A stretch of DNA of 64,000 bases from Saccostrea echinata (taxonomy: Eukaryota): assembly GCF_033153115.1 (NCBI RefSeq), contig NW_026889764.1, forward strand, positions 14,074,001 through 14,138,000. The letters are read 5' to 3'. Position 1 is the stretch's first letter. Each line of letters starts with the position of its first letter. Both the position numbers and the translations under genes were made by a program. Shown here piece by piece: positions 27,113 through 39,825 of the stretch. Below the pieces are notes generated by a model. The model saw nothing but the letters and a program-made list of their open reading frames with translations. It ran no database searches and was not told the DNA's origin.

Positions 27113-28599
27113 CTTTAATTCATGAATATTATTTATCTGAGGTTTATTTGCCACAGCAAGGTTGGTCTGTCTCTCCAAATTTAAGTGGCACTGCTGCAAA
27201 AATGATACGATGACATTCGTTTTTTTTTTTTTTTCATAAATATGTTTTATGCGAATAAGTTTACATTGTAACAATGTTTAAAGTAAGATAAATTTTCCCC
27301 CAAGAACCCGAGTAAGGTTCTTCCTTAATGAGGTCAATAAAAATGGGCTTCCTCAAAATAGTGTCTGTTCAGGAAATTTCATAACCTCCCTCTTTGAACA
27401 TGACTTTGCAACGTAAATTTCGAATTTCCATTAATTATTTTTTTTAACAATTACGAAGAGCTCATCACTCTTGTGCACAAAAAGGTAAAATATGACAATC
27501 GTGCCTTTTATTATTTAGTTGAACATACATGTGAATAAACATTCAGTTTATTTGCAGACTTGCAATGATGAATTCCATAAGGTATGCTTAGGACACCACA
27601 TTTCTGTAGGCTCTCCCTGATCACACTGGTAATATTTGGTTTTGTCTGTGGGATGTATGAAGAAGCCGCTTTGTTTTGGGCAAAGGAACATTTTTTCACT
27701 TGAACATTTAAAAAGATACATTAAATACATGAACATATATATTCATATTTTATGCAGGAAAGACGGTATTAGATTTATTTTAAATTTAAGTTCAATTTGA
27801 AGTGTTATTTTCAGGCTTTATTTGCCTTTCAGGCTCTTTGAAAAATAAATGGAGTGTAAGCCTAATTAGATTTCACAGATATAAGTTATTAAAGACATTC
27901 TGCGTACATAAAATGGCATTTTAACTGCAATGTTAGAAGAATGAAGAACTTCTTTGAAACTTCTTTAATTATATACACACAAGTGTGTTTAAGTATCGGC
28001 TGATCAAACACAAGCTATGAAATAAATAAACCAAGGATAAAGGATTCATCATACTTACCAGATTGAACACAAGCCACGGCATGCAGTCCTGAAATAATTA
28101 TATCCTCTTCTGGATTATGTACAGAAAGTGTAACTTTGACTGTAGTAACAATCACGCTGTAGTTGTTCTTTGCAGTAACCTGAAAATATAAATTATATAT
28201 TAATACATTTTACAAAACTATTTTACATATATATAGTGCTTTAATAATGAAACAAAATTCATATTGCTTTAGTCGATGTCTGGCAAAAGAATGCACGAGT
28301 GTGTTTGTTGTATGTAAGGTTTTTGTACAAAAGATGCGTTTTAAAGCACTCAAAAAGTACCCTTTTCTATTTACCCTTTTCTATGGAACCAAAAGTAACA
28401 TATTATGAAATACAGTATTTAAGATGCTGTTATAATACCATAATTACAAAAACTATTAAAGCAAATAACATAAACTACCATCACATCAAAAATATCCGTA
28501 GATACGATATAACGATTACATAAATATCAACAGTTATAAAAAAAAAAAAAAAAGATCATTACGGCAGATCATTCTGTAAAGGTTTTATATGTGATAGGT

Positions 28600-28830
28600 C
28601 TTTGGCTTAAGTCTCGGCTTCGACAAACCTAAGTCGATATAGATTTCATTCGCGAAGCGCTTGACACTTTGAAGTAAAAGTTGTGTGTCTTCAGGACGAA
28701 AACTAAAAATTGGAGGTCTTGTGTCACGGATGGCATCGGCACGCTAAAGAACCTTCATTGCCCAATGACCCTTAGTGCCGATCCGCGAGCAAAGATCTTA
28801 AAATGCAGACAAAACAATCAAAACAATCAA
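28600..28830 (+). mobile_element. Highly degenerate SINE
   Basis: caaacctaagtcg..gaagcgcttgacact..ggaggtcttgtgtcacg..ggcacgctaaagaacc..caatgacccttagtgccga matches the SINE bodies elsewhere in the window. Confidence 0.55.
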
Positions 28831-29546
28831 TTATCAAACAATTTGATAATCTCAAAATCAGACATCTATCCCCAAAAATAGAAAACCAATTTCACAAAAA
28901 GGAAAAAAAAAACAATACAACGCGAAAAATGTTATATTTCATATTGAAAAAAAAAATGACATAAGAAAAAAAATATTTAGAGAAAATGCAGTGAGAAGAT
29001 ATTTTTATCGAAGTATATTTTACTCTACCTTTAAATTTGTGTTAATTGTGTCCCGTTTTCCTTGTAAAGTTCAACATATATTTGATCATGGTTTATCAGT
29101 GTGGCTTCGAGGCTTGTTATATTAATGGGTGATTGGAAGCTAACGTGGAAAGTTACGCTGTTGTTCATAGGTTTCAGTTGAATTCCGGTACTATTGAAAA
29201 TGCTGTAAATATCACGCACCTGATAGGTGTTGCTCGTGACAAGAACTTCACTTAGATTAACCGGAATATCCTCACAGGCTACAAAAGTAGAAATTTTAAA
29301 ATAAAATACTGATAAATTAAACAATACCTTCAAATCAAAATGATTACAAGGCTAGATCAGAATTAGATCAGATAATTAAAATAAGATATTGAGAACCCCT
29401 TTTTATATTGAACGTGGGAATTCTACTAAAAATGTCTTCTTATCATTAATAATTTAATTTTAAAATACCATTTTATTGCAGAGGAGACTAGCTAAATAAC
29501 TTTTTTATTAAAAGCAGATGATCGGAAAAGTAAAAAAATCATATGT

Positions 29547-29845
29547 CGCCCGCGTGGCGCAGTGGTTAGGGTGTTCGCTCTAGAATCGCAGAGTAAGGAG
29601 TCGATCCTTACGTCGCGGGTTCGAATCCCACTGTGGGACGTGAAGACCGGTCCTTCGGATGAGACCGTGTAAACCGAGGTCCCGTGTCGCAGTAGGTGCT
29701 GGCACGAAAAAGATCCATCACTGCTCAATGGCCCTGAGTGGCGAATATAGGTCAAAATTTGAAAATCTCCACCGGCAAGTGGTGGCGTCTCCATATGAGT
29801 GGAAAAATCTCGAGAGGGACGTTAAACAATGAACAAACAAACAAA
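29547..29845 (+). mobile_element. Full-length tRNA(Ser-like)-derived V-type SINE
   Basis: A box tggcgcagtggt, B box ggttcgaatccc, long variable-arm hairpin gtaagga/tccttac, V-like core cttcggatgagaccgtgtaaaccgaggtcc and an (aaac)n tail. Confidence 0.88.
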
Positions 29846-30690
29846 AATCACAAAAGCATATATGAATACTTTTAACTTTGAAGTAGGCGTTATTTTGTAA
29901 AATGTTCAGAAGATAACTGTTTCAAGGCGTAAAAAATGAGACAAATATTAAAAGAATGATTGAAATTAATGCTAATTAATAGATAGACGTTTTTATCAGA
30001 TAAACGATATATTTCTTGTTAATACGGTATTTTATGAATTATATTTTAAACAAGTGTTTGTAAGTTGCGTACCTATTATAATTATTGTAAAAGAACAAAA
30101 AAAGTAAGAATCAGTTGATATCATCATTTTGTTGAACGTGAAAAAAAGATATCATCTGCTTTAAAAAAATGCCTGTTGCATTGGATTTTGAAATTTTTGG
30201 CCTGCGAAAGAAGATGGGCGAACAGGGCGAGCGAAGTGCTTATAGTGCGACAAACATGAAGATGAAAAATCAATCTCAATTTTAACTAAAATTCCTTTGA
30301 TCTTTAAAGTATACTTTATGTAAAATCTCCACAATTTACAAAAATCTCACAAAGATAGAAATTATTTGCCCATGAAATAGCATACACACACTAAAGAGGG
30401 CAAAAAGGATCATTTTCTCATACTATAACACAATTTTTCGATATGAGTGGGTCTTTGCTACATTTTTTTTGAAAGGATATCCTCAAAGTTTGCGTAAAAA
30501 TATACATTTTTTGGTTAAGTAGTACAGAACGCACTGCATGATTTTACGCTTATTATGTCTTAGGCTATGCTAATATAGAGTTGATGGTGCCTTCGTAGAG
30601 CTACGTAGTCGTTCGTTCTTGAACGCAGTCCAGGACATGAAAAATTAAATTTAATTATTTGCAAGTTTATTAACAAATTCAATAAAACAT

Positions 30691-33235
30691 TACGAAAGCC
30701 CAGAAGGCTCATTCGAGTTTCGAAATACGAGATTCGAAATTCGAGATTCGAGATAAAAGATCCAAAGTAACCAATCAAAAGGCGATTTAAGATTCAATTA
30801 CTCCCCTTTGCTAAGTTTTGACCTTCTAGAAATCTTTGAATATATTCAAACTGAAGAGGTCATTTGATTATGTTACAATGCAAGAAAGAGTGTTATATAT
30901 ATCAGAACGAAATTAGAAAAAAGATTGGGTTTTTGGTCTGCTAAGTATGCTTTAATTTATATAATAACTTCTTAGATATTATAATAGATTTTTATCAAGA
31001 ATATCTATATCGTATTATCTAGTTTCCTTACAGGTTGGAGGTCATAATGATAAATATTGTTAATCGGATTCAAGAGCAAAGGGGGGGGGGGTTATTTAGT
31101 TGATGAGAAGAATTATTAGTGTGCAATTAAACAAGTGAGTGGCGATTAATGATAAAAAGTAATACGGGTTTCAAAGTGGATATAGTTTGTGACAACTTGA
31201 AGGTATTAGAAAGTTACCAGTGACCTAGTTTGTGAAACCAAGAGACAGCTCCTTAAGTACGGATGGCTGAAATATACATGCTTAATAAAGATAATGATTT
31301 CTCTTTGTTCAGGCCCGTAGGAAATGATAAAAATGTAATGTAAAGCCCCCCCCCCCCAAAAAAAAAAAAAAAAAATGGTTATCACGGTTATTAGACGTTA
31401 TTTTTGAAAGGACACAAGCATAAAGTTGCTATGTTTTCTATAGTATATTATATCGGTAAAAAAAATGTAAGGGGAATGGGGGGGGGGGGGGGGGCACGTG
31501 CCCAAGGTCCTATGGCAATGTTGTTTATTTTATTACAACGGTAGAAAAATGTTCTGTTAATTATCAACATTCAGTGTCAGTCTTGCTATGCATGGGCAAA
31601 ATAATTATATATTCGATAATCATTTATAAGGAAACCGCTCGGGTCTCGCAAGATACATAACCAATCAATTCACAAGTTTCAATACAAGATATAATGGCCA
31701 TAGAGAAAAAAAGATATAAAAGTGTTTAATAATGATAAAAAAATAATTATTTTAACAAAACAATGGACCCTCTATACACCTTTAGGACTCCTAAAGGAGT
31801 TCGTATTAAAATTAATTAGTTCATGTTTGCCTCTTTAGTGTACACAGGAAATCTTGAAAGATATCGTAGTAGAGATAAAGAAAAATTGCGTTCGCTTTCT
31901 TAATGGTGTATATTCCATATAAGCAATAAGGCTGTAGCCTACACATCATTTTCTTGATGTAAAAAAGATATTTATATATACATGTATTTGGTTGAAAAAC
32001 GGGAGAAAGTTGATCATAAATCTTATTTATTTACCAGTTACTAGAATATTTTTTCATCAAATGCAATAAAAGTATGTTTAGCAATCCACACTTTTATGCC
32101 TATCCAATTTTTACAGTATACAAAACTTTTGATTTTTATACCTGGTTAAATCTAGAATTGAAATGTTATCTTGAAGTCGATATCCGACTATTAAAAATGA
32201 CAGCAACAGGAGTCTACGATTAGGACAGAGAATAGAAATTAGGAAATATGTTTGAAATAGTAGGAAGTCAAACATAAAACATTTTAAAAATTATATTTAG
32301 ATTATTCTGTAAAGAAGTTTCCATAATTTCCGAGCACTGTGTAAGGATTTTAAAATTTCTCAATTTTATTAAGAGTGGTCATGAAGATTTTAATTTCTGT
32401 ATCATACAAATATGTTTAAATGATTTATAATTCTATTCACTGGAGAAAATGACAATGTTAAATGTATCCAAGATCACAGAAAGTGGTCCTCCGACCGGAC
32501 CCCCCCCCTCTATTGAGAGGGGGCGACTCCCTCCTTGCCTATCCGCAATTTGGCAATGATGCGATTTTGGTAAAATCTGTGACTACACATTAGCAGAAGG
32601 GAATATACACCACTGTTTCACAATAGGAGAAATACATAAAAATGAAGTTTTCAATTACTTATCTTGGTATATAAGGCTTTGAATACTTGAATCAATAAAA
32701 AATTATATATACATGCAAACTGGAATTTTATTTTATTTCCTATCAAATAGTAGATCAGTCTAACTGCACAAATGCATCTTTAAATGTAATTAAATGTATC
32801 CTAAATTAAATTACTGTGCAGTGTTAAGACGATCCTTAGTATTTCTCCCTCATCAATGTCCTTATTAAATAATTTATCGACCTACTAATTTCGCAATTCA
32901 AAGATAAGACCATATAATATTTTATATACGTATCTATTGTTTTGTTTAATGAGGAAAATAAGATTTTATATATATTTTTCAAAAGTTACCCCAAAATTCA
33001 TTTTATTTCGTTTTGATATATATAACATTTTTTCTTGCATTATTATTAAAGCAAATGACCCATTTGTTATAAATATATTCATTGATTTCTTGATAGTAAA
33101 AACTTAATAAAGGGGAGTAATCAAATATTGAATCCGCCTTTTGATTGGTTAGTTCGGATCTTGAATCTCGAAACTCGAATCTCGAATCTCGTATTTTGAA
33201 ACTCGAATCTCGAATGAGCCTTCTGGGCTTTCGTA
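30691..33235. mobile_element. Non-autonomous DNA transposon, IS3EU-like
   Basis: ~130-bp imperfect TIRs starting tacgaaagcccagaaggctcattcgag, with 7-bp subrepeats (attcgag). TAC..GTA ends; 6-bp flanks aaacat/aaacac. Confidence 0.75.
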
Positions 33236-34991
33236 AAACACAGCCTTCCAGATACTATAAAACCATAAACCATGTTCCCTTAAGCTCTGTATGATAATAC
33301 TTTCATAAAATGACACTATCGAAAAGATTTTTTCCCAAAACGTAGGAAAAAGAACTTGAAAATATGCATTGCAGAATTAGATACTCATGATCATTAAATA
33401 CCTTGACAATATAGTAAGCCATTACAAATTCCATAGCTGTACTTAGAACGTCTGCCAAAGCATTTCTTGCCGCCATGTTGTGGTCTTGGGTTTGTGCATG
33501 ATCTATACTTTACGTATGTCAGGGTTCCATTTTCACAGGCTGTGCTACATTTCAAAGATGGTTTCCAATTGCCCCAAGCAGACCATCCTCCATCAATAAC
33601 TAAATATAAGACATGACCAATTAAATTTGAAGAAATGATAAATGACAATTGGAGATGCTCAAGGTTTGTCTAATATCTGGATTTTTCTAGAAATTATCTC
33701 ACGAATAAACTAAATATAATAGTTTATTACGATCATGCTCCCTGCAAAACTTGATATGCTTTGTTTCTAATAATAAAGTGTTTTACGAAGAGTTCAAACT
33801 TCGCCCGTTAAATTTCTTATTTACATATAATCAAGCAAATTACATTTTTTTAAATAAATGAATTAAGGATATGATGAACATAAACCTCAGCCATTATGAT
33901 ATAAGAGATTTTATTTATTTATTTAATGTTTTACTTTATGGAGAGGGTAATAAAGAGTGGAAGGCTTCAATTCTTTTTTTTCAGAAACAAGTTATTCAAT
34001 ATGAAAATTACATTCAATCTAAAATTTCTGTTTATGAATTATAAAAACATCAAATTCAGGGTTCTCCATGAGCTGTTTTACTGTGTTGGCCCCGACACAG
34101 TAAAATGTCCCCCGACATAGTAACAATTCAAATTTTATGTGTGCGACACAGTAAAAATTTTGCGACACAGTAAGATCTGTGATAATCAGAAAATCAGAAC
34201 ATAAATTCTGTCTAACTGAAACTTTTATCAAACAAGTCTACCGTCTTTCAATTGTTAAGGCAAAGCACTTAATTATCTCTTAATTAGGGCACTTTGTCTT
34301 GCTTCACATTGCATAATCAATTATCTCCTTGCCTTTTTTTTTAATTCGTAAATGCGATCAAATGACAAAAATCACAGTAAATTTACTTTTAAAATGGGGA
34401 AGTACATGTAGATCTATTTTATCGGCCAGAATTTCCTTGTTATAGGTGTGTTCGTTATAAGCATGTTTTACTGTATATTATAGACTTACCTCTACTACAG
34501 TTTTGAATGTGACAAGTGTTTATTTCGTACATGGAGCTATTGCCTGAACAACTTCTTCCTCCATTTTGTGGTTTTGGGTTTGTACATGACCGGTATTTGA
34601 TATATCCTTGGGTTCCATTTCCACAAGAATTGCTACACTTTCCAAATGAGATCAAACTTCGCCAAGCGGACCAGCCTCAATCAACTTTACTACATTATAG
34701 GCAAAATTTATCTATTTTTGACCATCGATATCGGAACCTCTATCATTTTTTTTTTTAAATCTTTGAATCAAAATGTTTTGTCAAGATGTACATGGGCAAG
34801 AATCTGAATTATATTAAACATAATTATCCTTCAATCAAATAATCAACCACTAGCAACGTTCCTTAAAATGCCCCCCCCCCAAAAAAAAAAAAAAACTTTC
34901 TTTTGAACAATTTTATACTACAACAGAATTAATTAAATATATACAAAAAAGGTTAACTGGAAAAGAGTCATAAGAATTTCAGCAAAGGACA

Positions 34992-36165
34992 AGTGCACTT
35001 AAGCAATGCTTAATGGGCCCCTTTTCAGTGCCGTTTTACTTTAGAATATATTACCAAATTGTTCTTTTTTGGTAATAGTTAAACACAATTGGATATTTCT
35101 AATTAAACCACGTTAAAACATCACCTAAATCAGCATGGATTTGAAACAAATGAAGGTTTTTAAATGCCTATAGATACCCAAAATCCGGAAAAGTCGTACC
35201 GAACCTATTTTGAGTTTCATTTATTTAAATCAAGGGGAGGAGACATTTAAATCGGACACTTGAACAATCTGATGGTGGATCATTGACGGGCGCGTTTTCC
35301 GAATGATAATCTTGCGCTATTTGACCTAGCTGAGAAAAAAATCAAATTAAGTTGTATAGATGCCTGTAGCCATAGTGATCAAACTAAGAAATTTGCACGC
35401 TTGCATTTGAAATAATACAATAAGTATTTCAATTCAAAACATTAATTCCTTTAAATTATAAAATGAAAAAAGTGTATTTAGGTGGCTTTCATTACCGGTA
35501 CCATTGTCTTGCATGAATGTTGAAAATGTTTGACGCTTTCTTGTATGATGATATTTTAACGACACTTAACTCTCCTAACTCTCCCGTGTTCATAAAACCA
35601 AATACATACAAATTTTTCTATGCGGCACGACTTCGATATAATGATACAAAACAAAGCTATCTTTTACAGTGAGCACCTTTGAGGAATGTTTACCTGGGTA
35701 GAACTCACGTGACTACCGGTATTTTAAATAATTTATTCCACGGGTGGGTTCAACAAGGGTCATACAGGTAAATAGCTCTCGCTTTCTATAGGAAAAACAT
35801 TGAACTTTTCATGCATTTTTAATATTTTAAGTACAAGCCTAATCTTGTACAAATTTCCTACTTTCACACAAGTTTTATAAATGTATAATGCGTCTTTTGT
35901 CATTCGCACAAGTTTGTACAACGTTAGGCTGACAGTAAACAAAAGCTTTGAAATGAATGACCGTCCTCGATTTACTATAGAAAATCACGAATGTTGGCTG
36001 ACCCCTTCCACATTGTATGGCTTTGCTCTTTGTATATTCATGAATTCCACCGATAAAATTTGTTGAATCTTATGGTTTAGATATCAATTAATGATCTGAG
36101 ATGAAAAATTATGCTTAATTTGATTCTTCATTTTTTCACATTTTACCGGGGCCCATAAGTGCACT
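34992..36165. mobile_element. Putative non-autonomous TIR element
   Basis: Right end ggggcccataagtgcact. The left end agtgcactta(agcaatgctta)atgggcccc is its inverted copy with a small insertion. No clear TSD. Confidence 0.5.
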
Positions 36166-37285
36166 CGTTCTTTTTATATCATATTTAAAATTCATTTCAA
36201 TTATCAATTAAGTAATTAATTCAATTTATTAATTAACTCAATTAAGTATTGTCAGAAGGTCGCTTATATAAATACTTCATGTTTGTGATATCATTTCTTA
36301 TTAGGTTCTAGAACAAACAATATACCTATATGCTCCAAATCTAATTCTAGATAAAACTATATGTTACTAATTAAGTAGATGTTGACTGATTGACCTCCAT
36401 CATTTTGTATTTGACAAACTCATACACAACTTACAAAGCCTCGATGTCAAGGTCACAAAATCAAGCCTTGCTGTTTTACAGACATCTGTGTTATGTATAT
36501 TTTGCTTTGTAAAACTTTTTCCTTCTGAAATGGCCTTATCTTAGCCTATCTAATCAAAATTAATAGAATCTTTTTTACATATTGATATTATTTTGATTTC
36601 GCCCATGCCTGTTTCTGGGATAAAATTATATATTAGTATATTGACTGATGGATCTGCTTCGATACCCTTACATGTACTCTCCTCCTTTTCCATGGGAATC
36701 ATGATTTCGCAAAATTACAATCCATTCTCTAAGAATAGCTGCATATCAATATGACTCACTCCCGGGATATCTTCTTTGAATCATTTGTGATAATTTTTGA
36801 GGAGCCATGATATTTTCTTGTATACTTTATAACGTATAATAAGATTGTAATTTTTAAAAGTTTGAAATATTTCAAATAGACTAATACCCACCTTTACTAC
36901 AACGGCCATAGCAGGATTCTTTTTTGTACTTGATCTTCTGCCGACACATCTTTTGAATCTAAATAGTGTTCTAGGGTTTAAGCATTTTCTGTATCTTACA
37001 TATTTCTGTGTTCCTTTTCCACATGATTTGCTACATTTTCCAACGGGTCTCCATCTGCCCCATGTAGACCATTTACTTACTTTAAAAAGTATTGAACAAA
37101 AATACGTATACTGATAAAGAAATATAAATCATTTTTTTGTAAACTTAAAATCATATATTTTAGTACCATAAAGAGGATTTATTAGCTCACTTGAATCAAA
37201 GAATCACGCTGTTTCTGAGAGAAAATTGTTTAAAATCGTTATAAGTTATTATGTTTAATTATGGAAATTATGGATCTCCTCTGAA

Positions 37286-37333
<48 letters not shown>

Positions 37334-37345
37334 AACACACACACA
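37286..37345. repeat. Compound (CT)n(CA)n microsatellite
   Basis: Directly visible. Confidence 0.95.
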
Positions 37346-38156
37346 GATTCCGTTTTAGCCCCCCCCCTTCAGTCTTCACCAAATGTTTGTACCGATATCA
37401 AACAAAAATTCTTCATTTTTTTTTCCAAATATATCAGGCAATAAAAGAAACTTTTTATCAACAAATCCACTTGTTTGACAGCCATACTCGTTTCTTTTTT
37501 CACTCGTTTCTTTTTTCCTGCTTCAAGTTCACACGAAGTCCACGTGCTTGTCCTTTAAATCAAAATCATTCGACGAAGTGCTAGTAACTCCAACAAGTTT
37601 TAATTTTTTTCAATTATTTCTAGATTTGATTCCAACATTTCAAAATAAATTAAATACATTGTGCATTAACACTTCAATTTTAAACATACTCTCTGACAAT
37701 TTAAAATACCACCGCCGACACGTGTATATTTTGAACTTCTATTGTTTGATGACTTTTTAGATGCATGTTTGTTTTTTTAGGCTGAAATTCTGAAATTTAT
37801 TTGGTACAAAACACATTAACTCATTTTTAATTGTTGATACAATATATTGGAAATACTGACTAAGTAACTGATTTAGGAGGGAAAAAAGAGGGCTCTTAAT
37901 CATATCAAATGGCAAACATATAAACTTACAGTGAAGGAAGAATTTATTTCTCTATAAGTATAGACTTTATATTATTATTATAGTAGAGAAAATCTGTAGC
38001 GTATTTCATTTGAAATAAATATTTTTTATAACCACAATATCAATTTAATTCGCTCTAAAGATATTTAATTAACACGATATCCGCAGTACTATGTATAATT
38101 CTCAGAACTACTTCTATCATGTAATCCTGTAGTAATTGAAAAAAAATGTGTTTAAA

Positions 38157-38224
38157 TAGAAATAAATATTTTCGTAATTTTGCTGCAGTGTTAGAAATAA
38201 ATATTTTCGTAATTTTGCTGCAGT
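38157..38224. repeat. 35-bp-period tandem duplication
   Basis: tagaaataaatattttcgtaattttgctgcagt occurs twice. Confidence 0.9.
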
Positions 38225-38569
38225 TTGTAACTTAATTAACTTGGATAATTATCTCTCCATTAATTTGTCGTCTATAACATAACAACAAAATGTTGCAGTG
38301 CTTGAAGTATCTTTATATCGCCTGTATTTCAATTAAATTTCTCAGCATCGTTCTACATACAGGTACATACTTATAACAACATTTATTTCCCAGAGTAGAT
38401 TAATAAATAACCTTACAACAAAGTTAGAATAATAAAAAAAATAATGTTAGAATATTGTGGATATTTTTCCAATGAGATAACGATTCTTTAAACACGATAT
38501 TTTAATTATTAAATTAAAAAACCCGTAAATCCTTACTAACAAAAAGATGAGTCCTTTCACTTCGGAGTT

Positions 38570-38800
38570 CCGAATGACACTGAAGACTGAACGATAAGTG
38601 AACGCTGAACGCAAGGTGAACGCAAAGTGAACGAACGGTGAGCGAAAGCTGAACGGTATGTGAACGGTGAACGCGAGCGCACGGTAAACGCAGAACGCAA
38701 AAATGTGAACGGAGAGCGAACGGTGAAAGCACGGTGAACGAACCTGAACGAACGGTGAGCGAACGGAGAAATTGGAAAGTAGAACGTTTCAGGGACTGTA
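38570..38800. mobile_element. One end of a TIR element with (gtgaacg)-type subterminal repeats
   Basis: Array of tgaacg/gaacggtg units ending in acgtttcagggactgta, similar to the termini of 53435-56203. Confidence 0.65.
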
Positions 38801-38801
38801 G

Positions 38802-39100
38802 TCCCCGAGGGTTTCTACAGCCCAGTAACCTAGTACTTTGGTACTAGCTTGAAAATACGGATATATATTTAACTGCTGTGGTAATATTTAGAAATTTATT
38901 TCATAATTAAGGATTATCTCCCTCATGCATAGCTCTGATCGTTCGACGTATTTGGCTCCAGTTTTTGGCACTTTTTTCAGCTCTTCCAATTTTATTTTTT
39001 TTATTTAAATTTTGGATACCCAACCTTTCGGCCTGAGCTTCACTGAAGAGACATTATTTGTCGAAATGCGCATCTGGTGCATCAAAATTGGTACCGTATA
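38802..39100 (+). mobile_element. Penelope-type pseudo-LTR fragment carrying a hammerhead ribozyme
   Basis: Inferred from the minimal hammerhead near its 3' end. Boundaries are approximate. Confidence 0.5.
39038..39079 (+). ncRNA. Minimal type I hammerhead ribozyme
   Basis: cttca-CTGAAGA-gaca(ttatt)tgtc-GAAA-tgcgca-TC-tggtg: complete CUGAnGA/GAAA core, 4-bp stem II, palindromic stem III (atgcgcat) and an AUC cleavage triplet. Confidence 0.8.
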
Positions 39101-39669
39101 TGATTTCCATACAAGTCACGTGAAACACAGCTGATACATGCGATATAACTGGTACACTTACTGAGTAAGCCAAAAACCTATCAATTATGGATATCTATAT
39201 TACCTTTCCTACATGTTTATAGTTACTTTGTTTCAAAGATTTTTAAAAATAATACGTATTAAGAATGTACTAAGACTGCATTTTCCATTTCCTTCCTTAA
39301 CATAGCTGAGAAGTTTGATAGAGGACTTATCATATTATTGCAATGAGATTGCTTATCATGAGTTAATATAAAGATAAGGAAAAGGGTTGCATTTCCGATA
39401 TCTTGCAAACTTAGTTCACCCTTGGGTTTATGACTTAAAAATAAACCACCAATATCTTTCTACACTAGGTATGTTTACTTTGAATCAAGTATTCGAAGAC
39501 ACGAATTTAAGAATTATCATGCATGTCAAACTAGGCATTATACTCTTCCATCTTATTTTCAATATCTGTAAAAAGACACATTCACTGTGTATGACAGCAG
39601 ACATCGACCTTAAAAATGTGGTTCATTAGCTATAAAGCCAATTGTATTTTTCTGCCAGATGTTCCGAGA

Positions 39670-39825
39670 GAAAGATGAAATGTGTAGATATCGAACAGTA
39701 ATGAAGCTCAAAACTCCATTGAAACAATACAAATCAGGAGCAAAACAAACACTGCCCCTCTTAAAACACCAAAGGTGGGGTCAGGTGTTATACAGGAGTA
39801 AGCACCCTTTCGACCGGTTACACCA
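39670..39825 (-). mobile_element. Degraded Penelope-like 3' module
   Basis: gatatcgaacagt..ggagcaaaacaaacac..aggtggggtcaggtg..ggagtaagcaccc..gaccggttacacc. Confidence 0.65.

Larger units (their letters stand above)
27548..37079 (-). pseudogene. Multi-exon extracellular protein gene: 3x thrombospondin type-1, a beta-rich module and C-terminal CBM14 (peritrophin-A) chitin-binding domain; probable unprocessed pseudogene
   Basis: GT-AG exons: 37079-36892 (WSTWGRW..CSKSCGKG..R.C), 34684-34490, 33599-33402 (DGGWSAWGNW..RSCTNPRPQHGGKKC), 29278-~29029, 28179-28059 and ~27698-27548 (CP..GFFIHPTD..YYQC..CP..WN..C). Lesions: frameshift ~36920, TGA 34677-34679, TAA/phase break ~29031, phase mismatch at the last exon. 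The 5' exon is not securely located. Confidence 0.75.

Noticed and set aside
29547-29640. tRNA-Ser gene
   Set aside because: It continues into a SINE body and tail found in several copies, and the acceptor/anticodon stems are imperfect.
34677-34679. Selenocysteine TGA in the TSP1 exon
   Set aside because: It falls at the conserved Gly of DGGW (GGA to TGA), not at a Cys position.
39158-39215. Possible signal-peptide first exon of the TSP1/CBM14 gene (minus strand, gtaagt donor)
   Set aside because: No open frame without assuming several indels, so it is too speculative to call.
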